This document shows positions 61,980 to 64,000 of a DNA stretch of 64,000 bases, in pieces. Location of the stretch: positions 5,696,001 through 5,760,000 of the forward strand of contig OZ244587.1 in NCBI GenBank assembly GCA_965218095.1, given 5' to 3'. The translations under genes and the position numbers were made by a program. This DNA is from Candidatus Poribacteria bacterium. Its GTDB lineage: Bacteria; Poribacteria; WGA-4E; PCPOR2b. Below the pieces are notes generated by a model. It saw only the letters and a program-made list of their open reading frames with translations. It made no database searches and had not been told where the DNA came from. Position 1 is the stretch's first letter. Each line of letters opens with the position of its first letter.

Positions 61980-62761
61980 ATGAGATGGAATCTGTTTTGC
62001 ATGGTATCACTCTGTTTTCTCAGCTTGATGGTAAGTTGTGGCGATGGCGAAGATGAACCGTCGATGAATGTTGTAACAGAACCAATGGACAATCCGGAGG
62101 AAAAGGCTGCTACCCCTGACGTAGACGACCTTGGAAGAACTGACCCCGGCGCAGAAAACGTTGAAAATCCCCAGCCCGACGAGGACATGGATGCACCCGA
62201 GCCAGAGTTTGTCGAACCCGAAGTAGAAGGGGTCGACTTAGCACTCCAGGACGCCATTGACGGAGTTTTGGAAGCTTGCGTGAGGGATATAAAATGAGGA
62301 CTTGGAACTGTATCTGAGCGCGTTCTGGATAGATGGATTTCAGTACACCTCCGATATGGGAACACACCTAGAGCCATTCGATGATATAATATTTGATGAA
62401 CTCAAGGACGAGGGAAAATCTGCAGCGCGGGTTTTCGCATGGTTCCAGGATATTGAGTTGGAAACTTTCCCTCCCCGCCCACATCGTCAATGCAGCGCCC
62501 AAACGAATCGAAGCCATGAGCCATTATCGAATCCAGGGGTTCGTTAACGAGGGGCACGCCCTGGATGGTGGATTTCTCGCATGGTTCGCAGAAGGGGATA
62601 ACCGGTTCACCTTTGAGTTTCGCCAGGGGGAGTGGCGGATTACGAAGTGGATAGATGAAGCCTTTGATGTAGAAGCGATAAAGGCAGGCATCAATCCTGC
62701 ACCTGCTGCTCACCCCGGCGGGAAGTTGGTAACGATGTGGGGGATCATTAAGACAAGATAG
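61980..62761 (+). pseudogene. Lipoprotein with acidic linker and C-terminal GKLxTxWG motif, split by frameshifts
   Basis: AAGGAG RBS, MVSC lipobox; fragments continue via LELYLSAFW and EWRITKW to HPGGKLVTMWGIIKTR*. Confidence 0.72.
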
Positions 62762-63096
62762 TGCTTTAAAGAAGATTATAGTATGAGGTATTAACTCAAG
62801 TTGCGACCCTCAACAGAAGGTTGAAAATATGACAACGAATCACGGGATTTATCGAGTTTTTTGTCCAATCCTTTTTCTATTCGCTGTTATATGACGGTTT
62901 GCTACATCAGCTTCGATTCTTTTTCGATAGGTAGCAACTTGGGTGAGGTATTACATTAAGCACACCCGATTGGCAAGATCCGTCGCGCCCTCACTCTGTT
63001 TCTCCGCGAAACAAGCTGAAGACGACGTGGGGTGAGATCAAAAAGCGCGACAAACGATGATACGATTCCAAACCATTCTCCAAAGGAGGAACTCTC

Positions 63097-64000
63097 ATGT
63101 TTGAACGTCAAAAACAACGGATAGTCTTTGTCCTATGTCTCTCCTGTCTCGTACCTGTTCTCTCACCGATTGCCCGTGGTCAAGACGAGGCGGTTGATGA
63201 AAAAATAATGGAGCGCTACAAGCAGATGCTGAGTCGCAAACCGAAAGAGGGCAAGGAGGGGAGTCCCTTCGACAGGTTGTACAAACTCTACCTTGACGGA
63301 CCAGGTCTGGAACAGATGGTCGCTGACTATCGGGCGGAAGCACAGGTTGAGCCGGACAATCCCAACACACAGCTAATCCTCGGGCACATCTACAAACGGC
63401 TCGGCCGGGATGGTGAGGCACTCGCTGCGTACAAACGAGCTGTCGCCCTCGCACCCGCGGATTACTATCCCCATTCCGTTTTGGGGCAGATGTACTTTAC
63501 ATTGCGCCGACATGAGGATGCTATCGGGGTGCTCACACAAGCCGCCGCGTTGTTCCAACAATTGGATTCGGTGGCGAGCACAGAAGAACTGCTGTCGATT
63601 TACAAATCCCTTGGGCGCGCTTACTTCAACCGTGACCGCGTGGACGAGGCAATCGCCGCGTGGGGAAAGATCTCTGAACTCGACCCGACGAATATCTTCG
63701 TCCGCATCGAGCTCGCTGAACTATTCTGTGAACAAAAACTCTATGAACGGGCAATTGAGCAACACCGTGTGCTCATACAAATCAAGCAAGATGACCCATA
63801 CCGCATCTGCTTGAGCCTGCGTGAAATCGGTAGCATTCAAGAGGAGATGGACGATTATCGTAAGGCGATGAGTACCTACGATGCAGCACTCGTGCTCACT
63901 GTGACTGACAACTGGCTCCGAAAAGATCTACAGCGCCGTATCATTGCTATCTACGCTGCCACAGGAGATTGGGATGGACTGATTGAATACTATCAAAAAA
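63097..64000 (+). CDS. Secreted TPR-repeat protein, runs off the window
   Basis: AAAGGAGG RBS, MFERQKQRIVFVLCL signal, LGHIYKRLG...ALAAYKRAVALAP and further TPRs; absent from the ORF track (no stop). Confidence 0.88.
   Translation, partial: MFERQKQRIVFVLCLSCLVPVLSPIARGQDEAVDEKIMERYKQMLSRKPKEGKEGSPFDRLYKLYLDGPGLEQMVADYRAEAQVEPDNPNTQLILGHIYKRLGRDGEALAAYKRAVALAPADYYPHSVLGQMYFTLRRHEDAIGVLTQAAALFQQLDSVASTEELLSIYKSLGRAYFNRDRVDEAIAAWGKISELDPTNIFVRIELAELFCEQKLYERAIEQHRVLIQIKQDDPYRICLSLREIGSIQEEMDDYRKAMSTYDAALVLTVTDNWLRKDLQRRIIAIYAATGDWDGLIEYYQK

Overview
Bacterial chromosomal window, most likely Candidatus Poribacteria or a relative (inference from a WD40-cohesin-dockerin-CTD protein, a C-terminal GKLxTxWGxIK motif and PhyH/Gfo/MDR-rich accessory DNA). 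The left ~28 kb is mostly intact core genes: PDH (aceE-aceF-lpdA), lolA-pgsA-thpR-prfB (programmed +1 frameshift)-lysS-lolC/E-lolD-ilvE-bamA-skp-lpxD, guaB, and an orphan nuoI followed by a 956-aa unknown, a catalytically degenerate MDH/LDH homolog and xdhC. The right ~36 kb is a decaying accessory region with about 15 pseudogenes or fragments. Mobile DNA across the window: six IS5-family copies of two types, an IS982 remnant, an IS1634-type MITE, a 31-bp mini-IS and many REP-like palindromes. The standout is an intact 684-aa fusion of an ECF sigma factor to a PafA (Pup ligase)-family domain with altered active-site motifs and an internal RBS/ATG, followed by a Zn-ribbon-FHA gene; it is a candidate link between pupylation/UBact-type tagging and transcription. 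Degenerate YACG heptamer arrays sit at several translation-initiation regions. No rRNA, tRNA or CRISPR array was seen. All family assignments are by eye and from memory; no searches were run.
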